From Vicinamibacterales bacterium (lineage in GTDB: Bacteria > Acidobacteriota > Vicinamibacteria > Vicinamibacterales > UBA2999), in assembly GCA_038213735.1 (NCBI GenBank), contig JBBQSP010000016.1, positions 1,581 to 65,580 of the forward strand: a stretch of DNA of 64,000 nucleotides. The letters are read 5' to 3'. The notes below the pieces were generated by a model. That model made no database searches. It was not told where the DNA came from and was given only the letters and a program-made list of their open reading frames with translations. Made by a program: the position numbers and the translations under genes. Below, piece after piece: positions 56,857 through 64,000 of this stretch (position 1 is the first letter of the stretch; every line of letters begins with the position of its first letter).

Positions 56857-58386
56857 TCAGTGCACATGGCCGTGCCCCGGTGTTTGCGGCGAGAGGGCCG
56901 CGAGCCGTACGAGGTGTGCACCGCGCGTCACGATCCGCTCACCGGCGTCGAGGCCGACGACCTGCACATAGCCGCCTTCACGGGTCGTGCCCAGGCGGAC
57001 CGGCCGCCTCTCGAAGCTCTCGCCGCCCGCCTGCACAAACACGATCGGCTGGCCGGCATCGTCCACGACCGCGGTGGCGGGGATGGTGACGCCCCCGGCA
57101 GCGCCGGCGCCAATCAGCCGCAACGACACCGCCTGGCCAATGGCGACCGCTGCGGGCGGATTGTCGAGCGCGAAGATGATGGGCACCGACCGTGACTGCC
57201 GATCCACGACTCGGCCGACGGAGACCCGGCGGCTGGCACGAAGCGGGTCGAGGCCGGGCACCACGACTTCGGCCTCTGCGGCGTCTTGCACCCGCGACAG
57301 GCGCTGTTCGGGTACGGCGCCCACGACGTGAACGCGGTCCAGGGTGACAATGCGGTAGAGAAGCTCGCCGGCCTCGACGGTGGCGCCGGCCGTCGCGAAC
57401 GACTCGGCGATGATGCCGGCGATGGGCGCCCGCAACACCACGCGCTCGCCCGCCTCGCCAGCGCCCTGGCCACTGCGGCTGATCTCCAGGTGGCGGAGTT
57501 GCTCTTCGGCAATCTTCATGCGGGCCGACGCGGTGTCCCTGGCGACGCGCGCCTCGTCCAGCCGGCGGGTCGGGACGGCGCCGGCCGTCACCAGCTTGTC
57601 AATGCGCGACAGGTTCTGCTCGGCGAGACGCAGTTCGGCCTCGGCGCTCGAGAGCTCCAGGCGAAGGACCGGCCCTTCGCCGACGCGATCGTTCTGGACG
57701 ACCAGCTCGGCGAGAGTGTCGCCGCGGCCGACCCGGCTGCCCGCGGAACGGTCGCCGCCGCTGGCGATGCGTCCAGCCGCCATGGCCCGCACGTCGACGC
57801 TGCCGCCGGTGCGTGGCTCGATGGTGGCGGGGACGACAATTACTTCGCGGCGGGCGGTTTCGTCAACGCGCATGGTTGCGAAGTCGAGCGTCCACTGCTG
57901 CTCCTTGAGGAACGTGGTGGCGCCTTCTTCGTCTTCCTCGATGGCGGCCAGTGCGGCATCGGCGGTCGGGTGCACCGTGACGGCGCCGACGCGATGCTCA
58001 TCGGCCAGTCCCGGGGCGTGGACCTCGACGGCCATTTGATAGCGGCGCGCGGCGGGCACGGTCACGTCGATTCCGAAAATGCCTGGCGTCGAGGGACCGT
58101 CGACCTCGAAGCGCGTGATGGTCTCGCCCTCGAACCGGACCACGACACGGCCTTCCCGCAGCGGCGAGAAGTCCTCGAGATTGGTCAGGTGAATGGCGAA
58201 ACGCGCCTGCGCGCCAGCCACCAGCGGCGGATACTCCATGAAGAGCTCGGTGCGCGGCGACCACACCGTGACGGCAATCGCTGCCGGCGCTGCGGCCGGC
58301 GACGCCGGCGGCGGTGTTGATCGGCAGGCGGATGACGCGACAAGCACGGTCGTGACACCCAGGGCGAGGACGACTTTGTAAGACAT
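56857..58386 (-). CDS. RND periplasmic adaptor (membrane fusion protein) with an N-terminal beta-sandwich extension
   Basis: Coiled-coil hairpin region LSSAEAELRLAEQNLSRIDKLVTAGAVPTRRLDEA. Barrel and MP domains are present. It sits between the outer-membrane-factor and RND genes. Confidence 0.88.
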   Translation of the reverse strand: MSYKVVLALGVTTVLVASSACRSTPPPASPAAAPAAIAVTVWSPRTELFMEYPPLVAGAQARFAIHLTNLEDFSPLREGRVVVRFEGETITRFEVDGPSTPGIFGIDVTVPAARRYQMAVEVHAPGLADEHRVGAVTVHPTADAALAAIEEDEEGATTFLKEQQWTLDFATMRVDETARREVIVVPATIEPRTGGSVDVRAMAAGRIASGGDRSAGSRVGRGDTLAELVVQNDRVGEGPVLRLELSSAEAELRLAEQNLSRIDKLVTAGAVPTRRLDEARVARDTASARMKIAEEQLRHLEISRSGQGAGEAGERVVLRAPIAGIIAESFATAGATVEAGELLYRIVTLDRVHVVGAVPEQRLSRVQDAAEAEVVVPGLDPLRASRRVSVGRVVDRQSRSVPIIFALDNPPAAVAIGQAVSLRLIGAGAAGGVTIPATAVVDDAGQPIVFVQAGGESFERRPVRLGTTREGGYVQVVGLDAGERIVTRGAHLVRLAALSPQTPGHGHVH

Positions 58387-58388
58387 GA

Positions 58389-59636
58389 CTACCTCTCTCT
58401 TCCGATCGCGCGGTCGAGCTCGACAGCGGCGCGGCGCGCGAGCGCGGCGGCTTCCAGCGATCGCAAGCGGGCGTCAATGGCCTGCCGCGTCGCATCGAGC
58501 AGTTCCAGGATGCCGAGTTCGCCTTCCTCGTATGCGACCCGTGCAGTGGCCACGAGTGGCTCCGCCGTGTCGGCCACCGCGCGGCGGTACGCCTCGGTCT
58601 GCGCCCGTCGCAGCGCGACGGAGGTATGGGCGGTGCGGACGTCGGCCTCGATCTGAAGGCGTAGTGCTTCGGCCTCGGCACGAGCCCGGACCGCCTGGGC
58701 CTGAGCATGGACGACGGCGCCATCGCCGCGGTTGAACAGCGGCACACCGAGGTCGACCGAAAACTGGTAACCGTTATGAAGCAACCCGTTGGTCCCGGAA
58801 CGCTTGAGTCCGGCGCTGACCGTCGGCACCGGTATGCGCAGGCGCTCGGCGGCGCGCCGTTCGGTATCGAACTGGCTCGACGTCAGCTCACGCGCGCGAT
58901 GGTCAAGCCGGGTGGCAAGGGCCTGTTCGACCAAGGTTTCCGCCGGTGCCAGCGGCGTCTCTGCCTGTAGCGCACCTGCGGCGATCAGCCGGTCGGGCTG
59001 TGCGCCGGCGCCCACATAGGTGGCGAGCGCGCCTCGAGCGCCCACGCGCGCGACGCCTGCCGACGCGAGCTCGTGGCGGAGCTCAGCCAGGGCACGGGCG
59101 CCGCGCATGCGGTCGTAGGTCGAGCCTTCCCCGGCCTCTTCACGCACGCGGAGCACGTCCACGAGGCGCTCGAGTTCGCCCACGGCCTGCCGCAGCGCAG
59201 CCTCCTGCTCCTGTGCCAGGAGGAGTGCTGCGAAGGCGTTGCGAAGTTCCGATACGCGCCGGGCCACGGCGAATCGAACCTCGGCGTCGGCGCTCTCCCC
59301 GGCAAGCTGGCCGGCGTCGCGAAGCAGTCCCAGCCGGCCCGATATGGGAATCTCCTGGCGGCCGGCGTAGAAGGTGTCCGAGGTGCCGGCCACGCTTTCC
59401 CGGTTGAACGAGAAGCTGGGATTCGGCCATCGCGCGCGATCGACGACTGCGGCGCGGACTTCGTCGACGCGGGCCCGTAGCGCGCGCACCACCGGGTCCT
59501 GCGCCAGCAGCCGTTCGATGGCCTGGTCTTCAGTCAGCGTCGACACTGGATTGGCCAGACCGGGCACCTGGGCCGAGGCCGAAACGGCGGCGCACGACAG
59601 GAGCGCTCCCGCACACAAGCGGATCGCAAGACGCAT
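58389..59636 (-). CDS. TolC-family outer membrane efflux protein
   Basis: There is a signal peptide and two repeated alpha-helical/beta-barrel halves typical of CzcC/CusC-type outer membrane factors. It lies 2 nt upstream of the adaptor gene. Confidence 0.85.
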   Translation of the reverse strand: MRLAIRLCAGALLSCAAVSASAQVPGLANPVSTLTEDQAIERLLAQDPVVRALRARVDEVRAAVVDRARWPNPSFSFNRESVAGTSDTFYAGRQEIPISGRLGLLRDAGQLAGESADAEVRFAVARRVSELRNAFAALLLAQEQEAALRQAVGELERLVDVLRVREEAGEGSTYDRMRGARALAELRHELASAGVARVGARGALATYVGAGAQPDRLIAAGALQAETPLAPAETLVEQALATRLDHRARELTSSQFDTERRAAERLRIPVPTVSAGLKRSGTNGLLHNGYQFSVDLGVPLFNRGDGAVVHAQAQAVRARAEAEALRLQIEADVRTAHTSVALRRAQTEAYRRAVADTAEPLVATARVAYEEGELGILELLDATRQAIDARLRSLEAAALARRAAVELDRAIGRER

Positions 59637-59690
59637 GGCGTCACCTCAAAAACGAGATTGCGGGCAAACAAGAACGAGCCGGCCGGCGGC

Positions 59691-60137
59691 TCAGATGTAC
59701 AGGCAGGCGAACGTCGGCGGGGCGCGAGGGGAGCGGATTGCGATTAGCGGGGGTGCATGGACCGGCGGCTGGGCGCCATCGGTCGTGGTCCAGCTACGAA
59801 CGGGCACGCCGAGGGTGCTTTTCGCCAGGATACTGGCGACGGGTATGGGAGACGACCAGTGGGCGGTCGCCGGTGATGAGACAACGGTGTCGCCGAGGAA
59901 GACGACGTCCTCAGGTTGTTCCTCGTTCGCGGCGTGGTCCGGTGATGATGCCGCCGGCTCGTGCGTGTGACCGCCTTCGCCGTGCGTGTGCCACAGCGGC
60001 CGGGCTGGGTCGCCCGCGTGGTCGCGGTCCTGCGCAACGCGGTGGCCGTTGGCGGCATGCAGATGCGCCTGCGACGTGGTCGTGCCGCTGGCCACCATCG
60101 CCAGGACCAGCACACCAGTGCAGAGACGCGCCCACAT
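59691..60137 (-). CDS. His-rich secreted protein, first gene of the RND operon
   Basis: The ATG at 60137 gives the signal MWARLCTGVLVLAMVASGTTTSQA. The predicted mature end is HLHAANGHRVAQDRDHAGD..WHTHGEGGHTHEP. GC3-rich codons favour this frame over the overlapping ORFs. Confidence 0.5.
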   Translation of the reverse strand: MWARLCTGVLVLAMVASGTTTSQAHLHAANGHRVAQDRDHAGDPARPLWHTHGEGGHTHEPAASSPDHAANEEQPEDVVFLGDTVVSSPATAHWSSPIPVASILAKSTLGVPVRSWTTTDGAQPPVHAPPLIAIRSPRAPPTFACLYI

Positions 60138-60255
60138 AGACAGGCATCGTCCGTTGTTCCATGAGGATCTGTCAAGGTCGGTTGACACGGGGCGACCAGC
60201 GATAGACCATCACCCTGTGACGCGAAGCCTTCGCGCAGAGCCTGGAGAAGCCATC

Positions 60256-60618
60256 ATGAAGCAGATCATCAGCAGCCTCATCGCGCTAGCAGTCGTCACT
60301 GCCCTCCCGCCATCTGTCCTGGCGCATGAAGTGACATACCGAGGCAAGGTTGTGTCACAGGAGACCGGTCGTTACGCGCAGCCGAGCGGCGGCGCCCGCG
60401 AGGTGCGGGAGCTTCACGTGACGATCGTGGATGCGAAGACGAAGAAGCCGTCCAATCGCGTGTTCGTCATCGTCGACGCGACCAAAATCTTGCGCGGCAA
60501 GGCGGCCGTGACGCTCGCCAACGCGGGCATCCAGAAGGGCGAGGCCGTCGCCGTGGTCGTGGATCACGACAAGCCGGGCGACGAGGCCATCACCATTCGT
60601 CTCGAGCCGCGCCCGTGA
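60256..60618 (+). CDS. small secreted beta-rich protein with predicted mature N-terminal His
   Basis: GGAGAAG lies upstream of the ATG at 60256. The signal is MKQIISSLIALAVVTALPPSVLA, followed by HEVTYRGKVV. It is divergent from the RND operon. Confidence 0.6.
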   Translation: MKQIISSLIALAVVTALPPSVLAHEVTYRGKVVSQETGRYAQPSGGAREVRELHVTIVDAKTKKPSNRVFVIVDATKILRGKAAVTLANAGIQKGEAVAVVVDHDKPGDEAITIRLEPRP

Positions 60619-60829
60619 CCGGCTGGGGGTGCCGCTGGATCGACGCTGCCGACCAGGACGTACCAGTGGGTTGCGCCGAGAGGCTCGGTCTGGCCGTACC
60701 GTAGCGACGTCAATCCCCGTGCGACGCAACCTTCGCGCATTAGCGGTGGCTCGCCGGGCTAAGGACGGAAATGGCAGCTGGCCGTCAGTGCGGCCTTTCT
60801 CTCGGATGCCCTGAGATTGTAACAAGCGC

Positions 60830-61246
60830 TCAAGGGGTTTGCCGCAATCGTGCGGCAGCCGCGTCACACGAGGTTTCGATCGTGAACTCGGCCATCACGC
60901 CGGCGAGCTCGAACGCGATCCGCACCGGGTCCAGCAGGCGGCATAACGCTAGCCGCGTGCCGGCCGCCGCCGCTTGCGTCGCGGCGGCTTGAAGGACACG
61001 CAATCCGGCGCTGCTCATGTAGTCCACCCCATCAAGGTCCACCACCATCCGCGGATGCCCGGCCGACAGCTCTTCAGTAAGCAGGTCGGCGAGCCCGGGG
61101 GACGCCGCAACGCCAATCCGACCTTTGACGAACAGTATACGGACGCCCTCTCGCAACTCTCGGTGGACATGCAGGGTCCATGGACGAGCTGGTGCGGATG
61201 GCCTCGGAGCGGCGGAATTGGTCATGTGTCCCTGAAAACCTGTCAT
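60830..61246 (-). CDS. STAS-domain protein (anti-sigma-factor antagonist, SpoIIAA/RsbV-like)
   Basis: VVDLDGVDYMSSAGLRVL contains the conserved Ser. The start is either 61246 or 61225. Confidence 0.8.
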   Translation of the reverse strand: MTGFQGHMTNSAAPRPSAPARPWTLHVHRELREGVRILFVKGRIGVAASPGLADLLTEELSAGHPRMVVDLDGVDYMSSAGLRVLQAAATQAAAAGTRLALCRLLDPVRIAFELAGVMAEFTIETSCDAAAARLRQTP

Positions 61247-61304
61247 TCGCCCCAGACGTGTTATAACTCACCCCCCAACTGTCACCAACTTTTCCGAGGC
61301 TGCC

Positions 61305-61850
61305 GTGTATTTCAGTCAGGACCCGGAGGACGCCAGCCTCGTCGCCCGGTCGCTCGACGGCGATATGGAGGCCTTTGAAGAGATTGTCAGGAAATACGAG
61401 CGCGTCCTGTTCCGGGTCGCCCTGCGGATGCTGGGCGACTACGAGGATGCGCGCGACGCGACGCAGGCCGCGTTCATCAGCACGTATCGGAAACTAAACA
61501 GTTTCGACGCGAAACTGAGGTTCTTCAGTTGGCTGTATCGCATCCTGTTGAACGAGTGCCTGAACGCCAGACGCGATCGGCGGCAGTACGACCCACTGAC
61601 GCCGGAGATGGCCCTGGCCGCGAGTCCGCTGGATGCACTCGAAGCGTCCGAGCGCCGGCAACGGGTGCAGCGCGCGCTGTTGGCGCTGCCCCATGACTAC
61701 CGCCAGGTGATCGTGCTCCGGCACTTCGCGGAACTGGGGTACGACGAGATCGCTGAAACGCTCGGTATCCCGTCGAAGACGGTGAAGTCGAGACTTTATA
61801 CGGCCCGCCAGCGGCTCTGCGAGCTGCTGGTTCTCGAGAAGAACAAGTAG
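61305..61850 (+). CDS. ECF sigma factor
   Basis: Has a GTG start. Region 2 is DARDATQAAFISTYRKLNSFD..FFSWLYRILLNECLNARR. Region 4 is LPHDYRQVIVLRHFAELGYDEIAETLGIPSKTVKSRLYTARQRL. Confidence 0.9.
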   Translation: MYFSQDPEDASLVARSLDGDMEAFEEIVRKYERVLFRVALRMLGDYEDARDATQAAFISTYRKLNSFDAKLRFFSWLYRILLNECLNARRDRRQYDPLTPEMALAASPLDALEASERRQRVQRALLALPHDYRQVIVLRHFAELGYDEIAETLGIPSKTVKSRLYTARQRLCELLVLEKNK

Positions 61851-62861
61851 ATGAACAACTGGGAGAACGACAACTGCGGCGCACGCGAAGGGGTCGAACC
61901 CGATCGCCTGGACGACCTGCTCGACGAGCTTAAGGACGCGGACCCCCCGCCTCCAGGCCTCGCCACCGACGTCATAACTCGAATCCGGAACACCGCCAAC
62001 CCTGTAGACTACCGAACGACTGGAGACACACGTATGTCGAAGAAGGCACTGATCGGACTGTCCGCGGCCGCCGCGGTTCTTATTGTCGTGTTTGCGACGA
62101 CGGGGTGGCCCCCGACCCTGCCGGGAACCGAGGGCGCCATCGGCGCGGCCAAGCGCCACCAGGCGCAGCAGATGTCCTCGGCCGACGTCAAGCTGGGTGA
62201 CGCGACCACGCAGGAGTTCCTGCAAAGCGACATCGTCGCGCGGCTGATGGCCGACCCCGCCGCCCGCGCGGCCATCGCCAACCCGGCCGTCCGTTCGGCA
62301 CTGGCTGATGCCACGGTGCGCGAGGCCATGGCCGATGCCGCGGTCCGCGGTGTGATGGCCGACGCGCGAGTACGAGAGGCGATGGCCGATGCCACCGTGC
62401 GCGCCATCATGGCTGATGCGGCCATGAGGGGTGCCCTCGAGAACGCCTCCGCGCGACAGGCGCTGGCGAGAAACGACGCCAGAGCGGCGAAAGCGGCGCT
62501 GCGCGAGGCCGCGAGCAACGACGCCGTCAAGAGGGCGGTTGACACGGAGGCAATGATCCGCGCGGTTGACACCGCGGCGATGAAAAAGGCGCTCAGCAGC
62601 GAGGCCCTGCGCCGCGCGCTCGACAACGACGCGGTCCGTCGCGCCTTCGACAACGAGGCCGTTCGCCGCGCCTTCGACAGCGAGGCCGTTCGCCGCGCCT
62701 TCGACAATGATGCGGTCCGCCGCGCGTTCGACAACGACGCGCTCCGGCGCGCGCTGGAGGGAGAAGCGATGCGCCGCGCCCTCGATAACGCGGCCCTGAT
62801 GGGCGCGCTCGGTACCCGGGCCGCCGAGCTGGAAGCTCGCGCTGGCGCCGCCGCTCGGTAA
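61851..62861 (+). CDS. putative single-pass anti-sigma factor with an extracytoplasmic nonapeptide-repeat domain
   Basis: The ATG abuts the sigma stop (TAGATG). It has a short cytoplasmic N-terminus, a TM segment ALIGLSAAAAVLIVVFATTGW, then about 21 repeats of [DA]-x-x-A-[VM]-R-x-A-[FLM]. Confidence 0.7.
   Translation: MNNWENDNCGAREGVEPDRLDDLLDELKDADPPPPGLATDVITRIRNTANPVDYRTTGDTRMSKKALIGLSAAAAVLIVVFATTGWPPTLPGTEGAIGAAKRHQAQQMSSADVKLGDATTQEFLQSDIVARLMADPAARAAIANPAVRSALADATVREAMADAAVRGVMADARVREAMADATVRAIMADAAMRGALENASARQALARNDARAAKAALREAASNDAVKRAVDTEAMIRAVDTAAMKKALSSEALRRALDNDAVRRAFDNEAVRRAFDSEAVRRAFDNDAVRRAFDNDALRRALEGEAMRRALDNAALMGALGTRAAELEARAGAAAR
62226..62810 (+). repeat. about 21 tandem 27-bp coding repeats (nonapeptide repeats) inside the anti-sigma candidate
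   Basis: Example units are DNDAVRRAF / DNEAVRRAF / DSEAVRRAF / DNDAVRRAF / DNDALRRAL / EGEAMRRAL. The nucleotide units are near-identical around 62630-62730. Confidence 0.9.
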
Positions 62862-62885
62862 GAGCCGGCGATCCGACACGAACGA

Positions 62886-62928
62886 CCAACTCCTGACTCC
62901 CAACGTGGGAGTTGGGAGTTGGAAGTTG
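62886..62928. terminator. hairpin built from tandem heptamers after the anti-sigma gene
   Basis: CCAACTC-CTGACTC-CCAAC is followed by GTGGGAG-TTGGGAG-TTGGAAG-TTG. CTCCCAAC pairs with GTTGGGAG and CCAACTCC pairs with GGAGTTGG. A T-rich stretch follows. Confidence 0.45.
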
Positions 62929-62953
62929 CCGGTTTGATTTGATAGGGTTACCC

Positions 62954-64000
62954 GTGCGTCTCCGGCCGGTCGTCCGCCTCCTCGCCGTGCTCGGCGTCCT
63001 CGCCGCCTCTCCCGCGTCCGCGCAACTCGCGTCAGTTCAAACCCCGCAGTTCCGCCTGGTCTACTTCGACGGATCTGAAAGCTACCTCGTGCCGCACGCG
63101 GCGCGCGCCTTTCTCAACGCGCTGGCCTTCCAGCAGTCGCTGTTTGGCTACCAGCCGTCCGAGCGCATCACGGTGCTGCTGGCCGACTTCTCCGATACCG
63201 GCAATGCCGCGGCCGGCGCCGTGCCGCGCAACGTGATGGCGATCCAGATCGCGCCGCTCAACTTTGCGTTCGAGACCATTGCCGCGAACGAGCGGATGAC
63301 GATGCTGATGAACCACGAGCTGGTTCATGTGATCACGATGGATCAGGCCGCCGGCGCCGATCGCATGTTCCGCCGGCTGTTCCGCGGCAAAGTGACTCCG
63401 TCATCGGACCATCCCGAGTCGATCCTGTACTGGTACCTCACCGCCCCGCGGGTGGCGGCGCCGCGGTGGTATCACGAAGGGATTGCGGTCTTTCTCGACA
63501 CGTGGATGGCCGGCGGCCTCGGACGCGCGCAGGGCGGCTACGACGAGATGGTGTTTCGCGCGATGGTTCGCGATGGCATGACGTTCTACGATCCGCTCGG
63601 GCTCGTCTCCGAGGGCGTCAAGATCGATTTCCAGGTGCAGGCGAATGCCTACCTCTATGGCACCAGGTTCATGACCTGGCTGGCGCGGCGCCACACCCCC
63701 GAGAAGCTGATCGAGTGGGTGTCGCGCGGCGAGGGCAGCCGCGCGTACTATGCGACGCAGTTCGCCAGCGTTTACGGGATGTCGCTCGAGGCGGCGTGGC
63801 GGGCGTGGGAGGCGGACGAACGTGCCTTTCAGCACGCGAACCTCGCGGCAGTGCGGAAGCACCCGATTACCCCCCATGCCGACGTCACCGCGAACGCGCT
63901 TGGATCGGTTTCGCGGGCGTTCTATGACCCGGATACGGGCTCGATCTACGCCGGTGTGAATTTGCCGGGCGCGGTTTCGAGCATCGCCCGGATTTCAGCA
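62954..64000 (+). CDS. secreted HExxH protein, N-terminal 349 aa (3' end outside the window); not in the supplied ORF track
   Basis: My own translation from the GTG at 62954 runs without a stop to nt 64000: VRLRPVVRLLAVLGVLAASPASAQ|LASVQTPQFRLVYFDGSE...NERMTMLMNHELVHVITMDQ...WYHEGIAVFLDTWMAGG...YLYGTRFMTWLARRH. GC3 is high. The three track ORFs here are shadows. Confidence 0.8.
   Translation, partial: MRLRPVVRLLAVLGVLAASPASAQLASVQTPQFRLVYFDGSESYLVPHAARAFLNALAFQQSLFGYQPSERITVLLADFSDTGNAAAGAVPRNVMAIQIAPLNFAFETIAANERMTMLMNHELVHVITMDQAAGADRMFRRLFRGKVTPSSDHPESILYWYLTAPRVAAPRWYHEGIAVFLDTWMAGGLGRAQGGYDEMVFRAMVRDGMTFYDPLGLVSEGVKIDFQVQANAYLYGTRFMTWLARRHTPEKLIEWVSRGEGSRAYYATQFASVYGMSLEAAWRAWEADERAFQHANLAAVRKHPITPHADVTANALGSVSRAFYDPDTGSIYAGVNLPGAVSSIARISA

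Noticed and set aside
61494-62903. 469-aa minus-strand ORF and 241-aa ORF (62009..62734, MSNARRTASLSKARRTASLSK...) antisense to the sigma/anti-sigma operon
   Set aside because: Their periodicity merely mirrors the 27-bp repeats of the plus-strand gene. The plus frame has the sigma-coupled start and a TM helix.
1-64000. Search for tRNA, rRNA, transposase, integrase, reverse transcriptase or phage genes
   Set aside because: No T-loop-like GGTTCGAATCC-type motif occurs in a non-coding context. No 16S/23S-like stretches were seen, and no ORF shows DDE, tyrosine-recombinase or RT motifs. The absence is judged by eye only and should be confirmed with tRNAscan-SE, Infernal and ISfinder.

Overview
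High-GC bacterial chromosomal segment, roughly two-thirds G+C by eye. The gene content suggests Acidobacteriota: a PadR regulator coupled to an ADOP-type duplicated FtsX permease, two giant Ser/Thr kinases (TPR or TolB-like C-termini), ECF sigma factors, and DUF2723, FG-GAP and PEGA proteins. This taxonomic call is an inference, since no search could be run. I call 54 protein-coding genes, two of them running off the window edges. One of those (62954..64000, +) is missing from the supplied ORF track because it has no stop inside the window. I also call two probable gene remnants. I saw no rRNA, tRNA, CRISPR array, integrase or transposase.

Gene blocks in order:
- gltBD
- a PQQ dehydrogenase
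- an RnfD/UnbU-like membrane protein fused to Sel1 repeats and coupled to an FGE-like protein
- PadR-ADOP
- housekeeping genes (lipid kinase, surE, mutM)
- secreted hydrolases
- mug
- a small accessory islet with two tandem vapBC pairs and a methyltransferase remnant
- an ECF sigma / Ser-Thr-kinase pair with divergent lipoprotein and FG-GAP genes
- a two-subunit Moco oxidoreductase
- a stress/detox cluster (GlcG, a third vapBC, PNPOx-like, VOC, HPII catalase, Mhq-like esterase and ring-cleaving dioxygenase)
- a GT9 + DUF2723 (GT-C) pair
- a phytase-like beta-propeller
- a Cus-like heavy-metal RND operon flanked by small secreted proteins with N-terminal His
- a STAS / ECF sigma / repeat-rich anti-sigma locus

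The structure least explained by ORFs is a set of intergenic hairpins whose arms are tandem 7-9-mers. One arm is purine-rich and SD-like, the other pyrimidine-rich and anti-SD-like. This includes a nested-hairpin element present twice around gltD. A 2 x 36-bp in-frame palindrome-containing duplication also sits inside the Moco subunit gene.

All family names come from motif recognition by eye. Start codons were chosen by inspection. Many long antisense ORFs in the track are high-GC shadows.
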